A stretch of 64,000 nucleotides of DNA from Laetmonice hystrix (Eukaryota): assembly GCA_965235115.1 (NCBI GenBank), contig OZ249450.1:15438001-15502000 (forward strand). Reading direction: 5' to 3'. The notes under the pieces were generated by a model. The model worked only from the letters and a program-made list of their open reading frames with translations. It was not told the DNA's origin and did not search any database. Position numbers and translations under genes: made by a program. Positions within the stretch are counted from its first letter, which is position 1; every line of letters begins with the position of its first letter. Below are positions 11,401 through 23,200 of the stretch, one piece after another.

Positions 11401-14400
11401 AGAAACAAATATGGCCGCCATCTCGCCATTTTGGATCTGAATTGAAATTTTATTGTGATGAATATTGGCCCTCATTATGCCTCATCCCTGCACCATGTTT
11501 GAAAGAAATCGTGATTGTTTTGGCTGAGTTATTGCTCAAAATGTGTTTTCATCCAAAATGGCCGCCAAGCGGCCATTTTTAATGATATCAAAAATCTGTT
11601 TGACGTGCATCATCCTCAGTTCATCCCTGATCCTTGTGTGAAGTTTCAAAGAAATCGACCCATACACTTCTGAGAAATCGCTGTCTACGGACATACGGAC
11701 GGACGGACGGACGGCCGTACGGACGGACGGACGGAGGTCGAATTATAAGCCCCCCGTTGTGGGGGCTAATTAAACCAACCAGCAGACATAGCAAAAAAAA
11801 GTAAAGAACGGAAATCCACATTTTAATCTTGACTGTATTCTGAGTAAATTGCTTCTTGACAACAAGACCTATCTCGATGATAAAACCACTCTAGACGCCA
11901 GCTCTAACGTTGGAGTTTTTTTGGTGCCCCCCCCCCCTTTCTTCCAGGCTGAGACTGGAGTGTGGAAATTAATGAGAGTAACAGACTAGTTAACAGAATT
12001 TACCAGTCTGTCGGAATGCGTACTTTAGCAACGTTGGTGAATGAACCACAATCGGGCCTTGGAGTCGACAGCTCTCAGCCAGCGAGTGCACTGCCACCTG
12101 GCGTTCATGAGGCGGGTTACTTGGATCCCCGCCACCCAAAGGCGTTGGGCCTGGGGGAAACTTTGGGGTTATAATATAATACACCACCACCCAAAGCTTA
12201 CCGATAACGTGAGACTAAGAGTGCTTATCAGTTGGAGGATAAATAGTATACTAATAGGCACAGTACGGTACAGTGCTGGGTGAAACCGGATTAGTTACCC
12301 GGTAGAACTTTTTCTAAATGACAATGTCACTGTATCTCACAGAGACTGTCACGACTTTGCCTGAGATTAAATACGCTATATGATTGGTGGTATGGGTAGT
12401 TAGGCTTCTAAAATTGCACGTGACTTGATGCACGCATGTCATGATGTGCGTGTCCCTAACAGGAATTAAATGCGCTCTGTAAATCACTATTAAGTTTCTT
12501 TTTGAAACCCTGAACAAATTTACAAGCATTCATTGTGTATGCAAATAATTGCATGTTATACTCTTCACCTCCCAACCCTGATGCCGTTTTTAAAGACTCA
12601 CATTGATAATCATGTACAGTCTGGTACAATATATTGTTTTGGGTTCTGGCATGTGGGGCACATAAAAAGTCGGCAGTCATGACAGGTTTTGATGTGGGCC
12701 ACTGGGACAGTGGCACAGTAACTTACTTAAAAAGAAGACTCTCACAATCCCAATTTGACCCCATATTTCATTTTGTCAACCCAGTAATGTGCACTCTTGC
12801 CGTTCTAGTATGTTATATGTATGCATTGATCAGTATTCCAGTATTCTGAACTGAACTTTGGGGAAGGAGAGGTACCACGTGGAGTAACGAGGCTAGCAAG
12901 TGGAAGATGGCCTTACTGGTTGTTTTTGTGTCTAAACATCTGCAGAAATATTTGTCACTGTCTGGGAGAAAAAAAAATCAAGGTAGAATGTCCGTGGCCT
13001 AAGGAAACGTCCACGACACGAGCAGTCTCACAGCAAGCTATGTTAGCACAAAGAGGGAGTTCTTACCTTTGCGTTATTTATTAACCAAGGTCAAGTTACC
13101 ATGAGGAATAACAAAAAGCCACACTACGAGCAGTGCTGTTTATAGAGACACCCTGCATACCTGGCACACCCTGAACCAAGTAAACCTTGCGGACAGCACA
13201 CCGTTTGACTGGCTCTTGTTCAGGGGGCACTGGTATAGATTTGTAGTACACTTGATTAAAGTTAAGTCTGACCAGGGCGGCGTTAAAAAATTGTTTGTTA
13301 CAAAGAATATTCTAGGAAAAAATCAGATGAGGCAGGGAGGGGACAAAATTGTTTGAAATATTCCCCCCCCCCCCCCCTGATGGAAGAGATCACGCATGAA
13401 ATATCGAAATGGCGCTAATCTGCCTCACAGACCATTCTGGTATTCAATGCAGCTCATTCAATGTATGCACACACGTGTATATATTTTATATTCAATGTTA
13501 AAGTTTAAAAAGATGGATTCTATACTAATGTAATGTATCAAAAATTATCGAAACTAACTCCTTGTCTTGAGTTGCAGTTCTCAGTGCTGCGGTACCTAGT
13601 AAAATCCGCCCTTCCCCAACCTCAGGTTCAGCCGTTTCTTTTGTCATGTACCGGTAGTCGAAATGTTGGTCTGGGTTGGGGGTTACACAAATGTGTAGGT
13701 CTGGGCAAGACTGCATCTATTCTCATGTAGAACTACGGCCTGTACCCGGCCGGGTGCCAACAACCTCGGCCGTGTATCAATGCGGCACAAATCCATTAGG
13801 CAAATTATTCACGCCCGCTATGGGATCTACAGGTTTCTGGCTACAACCACGGTATTCATAAATTTGACCTTTGTCAGGACATGTATAGACAGCAATTCCG
13901 AGATGCTCTGCATTTCTCTCGGATATTTTAATAAGCACTGACCTCAATAACTGTTCAAAGATGATTGCTTAATTATGAAAATTATTTAATACGTATTCCT
14001 TTTTTCTCTGAATTTTCTATGAATATATTTCCCAAAATGAGCACTTTGAGAACCGGCAATTTTCTTCATTACCGCTGAAGATATTTTAATAAGCACTGAC
14101 CTCAATAACTGTTCAAAGATGATTGCTTAATTATGAAAATTATTTAATACGTATTCCTTTTTTCTCTGAATTTTCTATGAATATATTTCCCAAAATGAGC
14201 ACTTTGAGAACCGGCAATTTTCTTCATTACCGCTGAAGATATATGCTTAACAAGAACAGAATGAGCAACACTTGGGACAGTTCTGCAGGCCGTCATGTCA
14301 AACATGTAGACTTACATGTCAGTAACCCAATATCTGGGCCTGTGGTGAGGAGAGGCCTGGAGAATGTAACATCCTCCTCAGGAGTACAGCACCAACAACC

Positions 14401-17400
14401 TGGAGAAACTACATGGCATGGCTGGCAGCGCATCTGGCTCCAGTGTTATCAGACAGGCCCAAATATCATGTTTGTATAGATCTCACCACCCTTCATGCCA
14501 ACAGTTTTCAGTGTCACGTTCCTAAACAGATAGAAATGTTCAGGGCGAGCCTCAAGCATGAAAGACGGCGGGTTTTCACTAACAACTCCTCCAGGCTCCA
14601 ATCTTACATTTCCGTTTTCAGCATAAAAACAGAGAAATAATTGCCTCTTCAAACATTGGAATTCTTAAGTTCTCTCAAAGAACCAAAACATACATCCTTT
14701 TCTGCATAAATAATTGTTGAACTACCGGGTATTCCTTTTTTTCAAACTGATTCAATGATATGAGAGACATATTACATGAGGCAAACCTTTAGACATGATG
14801 TAGGAGGGGAGTATTCACATAAATACTTCAGATTCCCTCCCAAACGATAGATTACAACTGGGTCCTTACCTTGTTCAGATGAAAACCTGGTTCAGACCCT
14901 GACCTGGACAGATGTTTGCCCAGAATCAAACCGCGTAACTTAGAAGTTGGTTTGAGCAAATGCCAGGCTGTACCAGACATACCAAGACCCCCATCCTATT
15001 TAGATCTGAAAATTTCTGATCGACGACTTGTATTTCATTACTGACATGTGTTTTTTATTTATCACGTTTGGTTAAAATATTTTTGGGTCCATGATATGAA
15101 ATTGAAGCAATAACATGAATATACCTCTGGTACTTTAAAACCTTTTAAATTTAATTTAAAATGTAGTTATTTCATCTCAAATTTGTTTTCATTAAATTCT
15201 CTTTTAAGCTCTGAATTAACCAAAGCCAAAGCCTTCCTATGGAATCCTAAGGTACGTAACATAGCCCTAAAGCCAGAGGATTAGGGGCACCCCCCCCCTC
15301 TCCGACCTAGTCTCAGGTCTAGCAATCCACCCCACACATGGATCCAGTTATGCTATGACAAGCTACCGGTCTCACCTCTCCCAGCTGGCCGCCCTCTCTC
15401 AGCCTTAAGGCCTGTCCTCCCTTCCCCCCATGTGGTCTTCTCTAAAACATGACCGATATTCCAAAATGGCTACCGGTAGGATGATGATGCTAACTGAGGA
15501 AGTTATGCGCCAGGGGTTTACCTAAGACTGGTTATGAGCCGGCACACACTGTGCACACCAAGTGACCAAGACAATTGGCTGACCCGTGAGTCAATCAAAT
15601 TCTTTGGTATTGACATGCAGTCTCCACATCTCCAGCCTCCAAGTAGATCATAAACACTGTATGCTTATGTTAAGTTAACAAACAGTGTAGATGCACTACA
15701 TCATGCGTCACCATGGCAACATTGGATCTGGATCTGATAATAACATGTGACAGCTGATACCACCATCTTAGGTCACTGTTCTGACATACAAAATATAATA
15801 TGAATAACAGTACTGCATAATATTACTGTTTTCCCATCTACTTTGCAACATGAATAAAAAAAGAGAACCCCAGATACACTTTTTGTAATGATGGATCACA
15901 GCCAAAGCAATACCGTTGGCATTGTACTCAAAGTAGTATTGCATAGTAACTTCTCGTTCCATTTCTCCAGTACACATATTTGTATATGCATATGTCGAGA
16001 CTAACGTAATGCTAACATGTCTGTAAGAAAAGGGGGATGTCTTTAAATTAATACCTGACTACAGCAAAGATTGTAAGTAGGACAATCTTTGACTACAGGT
16101 CCAACACGTTCCACATAGATCCACAGAATACATGAGTTGTGGTAGGCACGGCAAGAAGGCATCCTTTTTAAATAACGTTCCACACTACAACTGGTGTTGA
16201 ACTTCTGGGTTGAAGTGAAAATTCTGGAAGTGACATTTTTCTCTCCTCCCTGCAGTGACCCATGCGGATAAGAGCAGCAGGAAGACGCTGTTTTATCTCT
16301 GTGTACAAATGTATAATTCTTTCCTGAACCCAGCCACTGCACACTGTCCTAACATTATTTTATAACAAATCTATTTTATTTTCCAATTCCAGCTCACTGA
16401 TGTCATGATGCGACCCATGGGCAGTAATGTTTAGGTAATTACCGGTAATCAATGATTCCAAGGGTCAACTACATGGAGATGATCTCCCTCAAACCAAAGG
16501 CGTGGTTCATCAGACAGCCAGACAGATAACTTATCGGTAAGATTATGGACAACATTTCTTCGAATCAGCTGGATATTTCTTGATTTAAGAATGCCTTATC
16601 CCTAAAATTTGTGTTGTGCCCAGTTGTGACCGTGTACAAACAAACTCTAGTCATTGATTTTAACATTAGATTATCTCCATTCTGAGTTTGAAAATCTCAG
16701 TTCAAGGACACCGAGGTACGGTATCTTAACTCTGTAGATACCTTTACGGCATCCCACTGGGGTGGAGGGCAGAAAAGGGTAGTAACATCTGATAGTTGCC
16801 AGCTGAGAGGGGGCCGCCCACCCTCTGTAACCATGCACACATGGTGACAGCAAAGGGCATGCATGTTGATGGTTGTCTGACAGAGCCAGGCCACGCCCCC
16901 TGGCCAGCCTTCAACCCCTCAGCCAAATCAACCTTCTTCTCTGTACTTTGCTAAATGCCAGCCCCTGCACCACAGCACTGGTACATATCCTTGTCAATTC
17001 CTAGTCTTGCTGCCACAGCTCAGTGTTAAAGGGTTTAGGAGACGATTTGAACATGATTTGATTTGAATGACTGAAGCTCATCCAAGTACCAGACTGAAAT
17101 ATCTAGTTGAGTCTTATTTATAATATAATATATTGTTCTTTAAAAAAGGCAACCCATTTGTTTTCTCATCAGGATGCAGAGAGAACCAAAACAATGGAGA
17201 CCACCTCACGGAACATTGTCAGTTTGAGTTATCATGCAAATTTTAGGTATCAATTTTACAGAACAGTGCAAGCTGTCCTTATAAATTACAATGTCAATGT
17301 CATGCTATGATGGATGGAGATCAATAATGCCTGCTGGCCTCCTACCTACCACAGCCCAGGTCTGTAACCCTAACACTTGTCTATGAGACACTACATAGTA

Positions 17401-17733
17401 CATTATAAAGCATGCATCTTAGCCCCTTTAAGACCATTTAAACTATATCTTAGATTGGCTATTTTCAATCATACATGTATTGCTTTTATGCAGCTCTATG
17501 CTTAGAAGGTCAAATAAGAATATTTAACCCAGACATTATTCCTTGCTTTTTATAAAGAGCAAAAGAACCTTAAAACGCTTTAAAGCGATCCGAAACCGCC
17601 ACTAGCAATAGGGCCCATGGATAACCATGGTATAGTGCCTTTTACCTGCCACCATCTAATTCCCACAAAGTCTGTGTGTTAAAAGTAATCCCCGATAGAA
17701 ACTGACAGTTGCCCGTTTGCTCACGGCGTCCAT
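8425..17733 (-). CDS. FANCB: Divergent Fanconi anemia group B-like protein (multi-exon; 5' exons uncertain)
   Basis: Phase-compatible GT-AG chain: 14870-14967, 14487-14646, 14316-14399, 13559-13670, 12857-12939, then an exon starting at 12721 (donor near 12460-12510), 9040-9240 and 8425-8618 (TGA). Further exons lie near 16066-16210 and 15880-15960; the candidate start is ATGGACGCC|gtgagc at 17725-17733. Collinear motif matches to recalled human FANCB: KF(x23)ILW with identical spacing, MQYYFEYNANGIAL~IQWAGEIENLGMVL, LRGLILGK~LINLVQGK, FRNVTL~LNDVTL, VTFSRPLLT~VTSLSPLLT, GRILL..IFHLLA~GRVFL..LFALLA, QITVP~QITSP, SLNEELEVL~TLEKELVTL, KLLVSQSARNYA~KVAEVQLKSDFA. Confidence 0.65.
9747..11772 (+). 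mobile_element. Pearl/HINE-like (non-autonomous Helentron-type) element in a FANCB intron
   Basis: Begins AACAAG with sub-terminal TTATAGCCCCC (9763-9773). Internal tandem array with a 461-462 bp period (ATGACCTTGATTGACC at 10321, 10783, 11244), an ACGG microsatellite at 11687-11735 and a 3' hairpin AGCCCCC-cgttgt-GGGGGCT at 11748-11767. This architecture is typical of pearl/DINE-1/HINE elements. Confidence 0.75.
11687..11735 (+). repeat. Imperfect (ACGG)n microsatellite at the 3' end of the pearl/HINE-like element
   Basis: Read directly: acggacatacggacggacggacggacggccgtacggacggacggacgga. Confidence 0.95.
13922..14242. repeat. Exact 158-bp tandem duplication (intronic)
   Basis: Copies start at 13922 and 14080 (GATATTTTAATAAGCACTGACC...); no differences were seen by eye. 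Confidence 0.9.
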
Positions 17734-18580
17734 CTTGCCGAAATTCACTGCCGTGAGACCTTAAAACATGGCGTCCCTAGAGCCTACCCCATTCCCCCAT
17801 CACTGTGTTGGTCAACCATCTTCACGGACACTATGTACAATAATGGTTACTGGTGAACTCGGACCATGGTTATCTCGGCCCATGTCGATTACATGACTTC
17901 ATGTCCCATGCGTGCCCTGTCCCAGGCTCCATGCCTCACCCGACACCCGAGTCAGGTGGTCAAGAGTCTCAAGTCAACAACGGGTAGCACTCCCTTGCTC
18001 CCGGCGGGCGTGCACTGATGGTTGGACGGGGCCAGACATGCCAATTTGGTCGATCGACAACGTAGTGAAAAATCTCTTACCGGGCGCTTAAACGAACAGA
18101 AATTCGTCGCAATACCCTCCAACGCATGAAATGGTGGCTGAAAGCTATTATTTATACGGAGAATTGTCAACTAGAGAATGAAATGTACACTGGTTGGGTC
18201 ATGGATGGAGTCTGACAGTAGTGACAGACTACGGCAGTCTACGGCCGGGGACATGGCGTGCACTGCCACTGTCAAAGCGTCGGGCTACCGTTCAGCTAGC
18301 ACACCCAGGCATATCTTCACGAAGGATCAGCACTAAGTCAGTGGTGTGGTTAGACCTGCTGATCGGTCTCCTAGTACTATGACACGGATAATCTTACTCG
18401 CAGCTCTCAGTCTAGACTCTATGACTACCTTGTATCCTCACCCGATCTGACAGCTGGTCGAAACTCGCGGCTCTGGCGACGTCACACTTCCGGGTGACCT
18501 GACTGTTTTTGATTGGCTGAATCAATCTCCCATGTGATAATGTGATGTAAAATGGCGCCGAGTTCATTTCTCGGCTAGAG
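17734..18580. promoter_or_regulatory. Bidirectional promoter region, FANCB-like (-) / SMNDC1 (+)
   Basis: YY1-type AAGATGG over the FANCB start; GACGTCAC-ACTTCCGG (CRE-like plus ETS) near 18478-18493; GATTGGCT CCAAT box near 18511; AAAATGGCG at 18549 followed by donor GAG|gtacgg at 18580 (candidate non-coding exon 1 of SMNDC1). Confidence 0.55.
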
Positions 18581-20223
18581 GTACGGTACTCGTAGTTTAA
18601 GGTTGGCATTCTCGTTTATGTAAAACCTATTGACCTGCATTTATTGCTGATGTTATTCTTTATTGTATAAGGCATATGGGAAGGTATAAGGTAGCTGGAT
18701 TGTTGCATTTGGCTTTAAGCAATTTAACTTGACAACCTCACAATTCTACATAAATTTATAAAACTAAAAACTTCCATAATTGTGTTGGTGGTGATAGAAG
18801 CAATCATTTATGATAGGAATATATGCAAGCTAGGGGTTATACCCAGCTGGAGGAGGGGCAGGGGCTACGATTTATATATAAAAAATTTTAACAAGCCCTT
18901 TTTGACAAGCAAGTGCCCTTTTAAATTGATAGAAATATGTTCTTTAAAAGACAAGTGCCTCTCACAACCAGAGACCCAACCCCTCCACCCACTCCCTGCA
19001 ATTTTTGGCTACATATTACCCTGTTATCAAACCTGAGTGTCCATTACACGGGGGACCAAATTTAAAATGGTAAACCAGCAGATCTATACAGGCCTAGATG
19101 TATGCTTCTTGCTGTCTCGGCCAGAGTTAAGGGATCGAAGGTTAGGGTTGAATGAACGGAAGGGGGGGGGGGCGGATTGGCAAATTGCGCAGTGTGAGAG
19201 TATGATATTCAACAATACTCAGTCATAAAATCATAGTCATAGTCCGAAGTCGATTCAGAGATTTTTAAATCCGAAAGTAGTATGAGGACCATCTTGTTGA
19301 TTGACTACAATTTGGTGGCTGAAACTTTAAATTCTGAAACATCAACCGCTCATTGTCCGTAACATAACTAGTGAGAAATACCGGTTCCGTAACTACATAG
19401 TGACACTGACAGTCTCTGGTCATACTCATGATTCATAGTGACGATTGATAGTAGACATACCGTACTATAGGCCTATACGTGTATTAACTAGACTACCTGT
19501 CCTTGTCCTACCTTAGCTTAGTCTCCTCTCCGGCTCCCCCTGCCCACGCCACTCAGTAAGTTGACAAGTTGCCCACTGAGACACTGAATCTTACTGAGTG
19601 CGAAGCAAGGGGTAAAATAATTCCACCCTGTGTGCGCGAGAAGGTAGCAGTGTCAGTGACACTCACCGACAGCTCTAGGACTAGGGACGGCAGCGGTGGG
19701 AGGATGCGGGAGAGGATGCGCCGCGGCGGCGGCTAGTGATGAGGGAGCAGGGCCAGGGACGCAGCATGATTCACGACAAATATAAATTAACGTAGCCTAT
19801 AAAACAAGCTGTCTTTAACTCAAGTAGAAATGGGAACAAACTTACTTTCTGAGTACCTCAGCTACAAATATTCCAGACTGACGTTACGTATTCCATGCAC
19901 CGCGAAATGATACACACTGATGCAGATCTTGACAAGCGAGCGTACCTGCCTACATTCACCGGAAGCGGGAATTTTTCTTTTTTTATCATACGGAGCAAAT
20001 AAGGAAAAGAGCGCCGGTTCGTCTAATATATTTACATAATCCGGTTACATCTAAATACTTATTAAATCAAATCATAAAATGACAATAGAGAAATGTTACA
20101 AATAATATACATAATGTACAAAAAGAAAAGAATATTAAGATAACTGCTTCTTTGGTTTTTCACAAATTTGCTCCGATACTGTTGTTGACATCCGGGTTTT
20201 CTGAGCTCTTCAAGGAAGACACA

Positions 20224-23200
20224 ATGGCCGAAAACGCACAACAACTCGCCGAATATAAGTTGCAGCTCCAACAGGTACAGTATTGCCAGCTCATGGCTAA
20301 TATCCATTTAAAAGAAGGCCTATTTACTTAACCTATGAATCCATATAACATGCTTATCTTCACTGGGAGACTCAGTCTGACTGTGAAAATTGTTGCACCA
20401 GTTGCACAGCAGAGCAGAGCAGTGCCAGTGCAGTGCAGCAGGCGCCTACGCCGTAGCCGTGGCGTAGCCGTCGCCCCCGCGTACTCGCGTCGCCTTGCCC
20501 TGGCCTGGGCCTGGTAGCGTAGCCGTGGGGGGGGGGGGGGGGGGGGGCGTAGGGTAGGGCATAGCACTGCTTCACTGTTCTCCCGCTTGGGGGCCGGGGT
20601 GCGGGAGAGACAGGGAGAGAGTCAGACTCCCCCCCCCCCATTACTCAGCTACTCCCCCCCCAAAAAAAAAATTCCCAGGGGGAAATATTTTGCATTACTC
20701 TCTCCCCCCCCCCCCAAACTCGCAGCATTCTCGTTTCCGATAATCCGGGTATTTCTAGGTGGCGCTGCTATCTTCTCTGTCTAGAGCCGGTGCAAACAAA
20801 AGCCTAGCAACGCAACGCAACTAAATATAGGTGTTACTGGCATGGGTTTGGTCATCACACTGTCCTATAATTAAACTGTCATGGGGGGCAACGCTTCTTG
20901 ATACCCTTGTTTTCACCGGTCGTCAGGCTACTCAGGACCGGAAGAACTGACCTCGGAAACGAGAATTCCCCCCCCCCCCCCCAAAAAAAAATGTCGAAAA
21001 TCTCCAGGAAAGCCTGAATACGGTGAGAATTTCAACCGCCTCAAAAAATTCTATGTTCCAGACTATTCCTTCCAAGTATCATAGTATGGAACATTTGTGT
21101 GCTCTTTGAAAAAAGAATTCCCGCCAGCCTCTTCGGTAGATTTATTCGTAAACATCCCATGTGGAGCAGTTTGGACTGCATGTGGAGAAGTTCCCGTCCA
21201 TGCTGCTGCCGCCCTCCTCACATCCTCTTAGTCTTATAGACGTCCAATTTTCCGAACTCCATATCAAGAGTCGTTCTCCTAGCTCGTTGTGACTTACCAC
21301 TTGGTTACCGCGAAGGAGTCAGCATCTGCAGGCTAAAGCCTCGCCAAGGACACCTCTTGATTACGGGGGGCTTCCCTACCATAGTAAATTTAGAAATTGT
21401 CCTAATATGAAAAGATGACGCCATAGAGTCCAGCGAGCCAATGATAGCGCAATAGATTTGTGTGTGGTGACTGTCTCTGTCCAGCCCCCTGGCGGGTGAG
21501 GAGTGAGCTGTGTAACAGTGCTAGCTAGGGCACTGACACTCAGTCACTCAGTGAGTAAGTCTAAGTCCACTGGGCCTGACTCGCACTGGCAGTACTCTGA
21601 CGACTCACGAACCCCTAAGTCTAGTAAGAACTCGTGACAGCACAAGTCAGCAGGTGGAAGGACTTCCCTTTTGATTTTTTCGTAACAGTAACACACTATC
21701 AGTATCACATGGACGAGTACGGTGTGGCAGTGCTCTGGCCATGGGGGATTCTAGATCTGGCCGTTGGGGATTCTATATCGATATTCTTACCCCTGGTGAT
21801 GTCATGGCAGTTCCCAGACTGGCAAAAAAGTTATCTAAAACACTGGTTCTCACTTCTGAAACTTTGTTTGGCCTCTGCAACAGTGAATTTTATATGGAAC
21901 TGCCATCCAACATAATCTGCCTGACTAAGGATAAAAATATTTTGTCTTAAGGCAAGTTAAGCAGCATTCACGCTAACACAATTTTCCAGCGTTTTTATGC
22001 ATAATATGGAACAGGGAGGATGGGATGCAAAATTCAGATGTATTATGCTCCAATTTTAGATAGTTCTTAACTAAGTTAATGGTGTCCCTGGGACCCCAAA
22101 TTCTAAATTGCTAATTCGACCACTGCTTTAGGATTATCATTTGTGTGTATTTGTCTTTGGTAGGTGGAGGCTGCTCTCACTGTGGACCCAGAAAATGAGG
22201 ATTTAAAGAAATTGAAGACAGATTTACAGGTACGTCAGTGATGTTATGATTTGGTCTGGATAAGGTTAAGTATGATGCTGCTCGCATACCTGAATAAAAA
22301 TTACTTCATCATTGCCCCAACAGTTACTTTTCACAAGGTTTGAAGAGAGAATTTAACTAAGAAGTGCTTGCTCTGGTAAATTAAGTCACAATTTAAGGCA
22401 GATGCAAATACGGTATAGACCCACAAGACACACTTTTTTAATAATTCTATAATTTCAGGAAGTTCTGCAGTTAACGCAGGACCTACTGGTGTCACAAATT
22501 CTCAATGAAACGCCAGACGGACAAGAAAGTAGTGCTGTGAGTGCACCCCCAGCCGCCTCCTCTGCTCCAACCCATGGCTGGCAGGCTGGCGACAGATGTC
22601 TGGCAATATGGTCAGAAGACAACCAGTGAGGAACTTTTCTTATCCATAATTCCTTAATTTGCTGGCCCTGAAAGTGACATAGCTTATAAATAGATATGAA
22701 CTTAAAATAGATTCCTCCTTTTTTAATGCATGGCTTCATCATTTAATAAACAGGATATGGATAATTAAGAAGAAGAAAAGGCCTCCCATGGAAACACACC
22801 ATGCCAAAATAATTAAAATTAGTAAACCTTTTTTAAATTAGTGATGATTTCTCTTAATTGGATAAATGGCAGTTGTTTTATTGTTTCAGAACCTACGAAG
22901 CGACAATAGATGAGATTTTAGAGGATGGCTCATGTACAGTTACATTTGACAGTTATGGCAACACAGATGTCACACAGGTATGTGCTGCCCCCTGGCCAGG
23001 ATGTGTGGAACTGTACAATCAGGGCATAGGGTGGTGCTCCCCCTTGGGAGGGAAGTAGGTACTACTTGGGCTTGGTGGGTTGAAAATATTTGAGGTTGTG
23101 CAGTGTACTTTAAGGAAACAATTTTAATGGTAGAATTAGGCACCATCTGCAAGCAAGCAAATATCTACCCAAAAACATTTGTTACCCAAGAAATTGGCCA

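Noticed and set aside
20328-20784. Pro/Arg-rich ORFs in the SMNDC1 intron
   Set aside because: Produced by G/C homopolymers and short slippage repeats.
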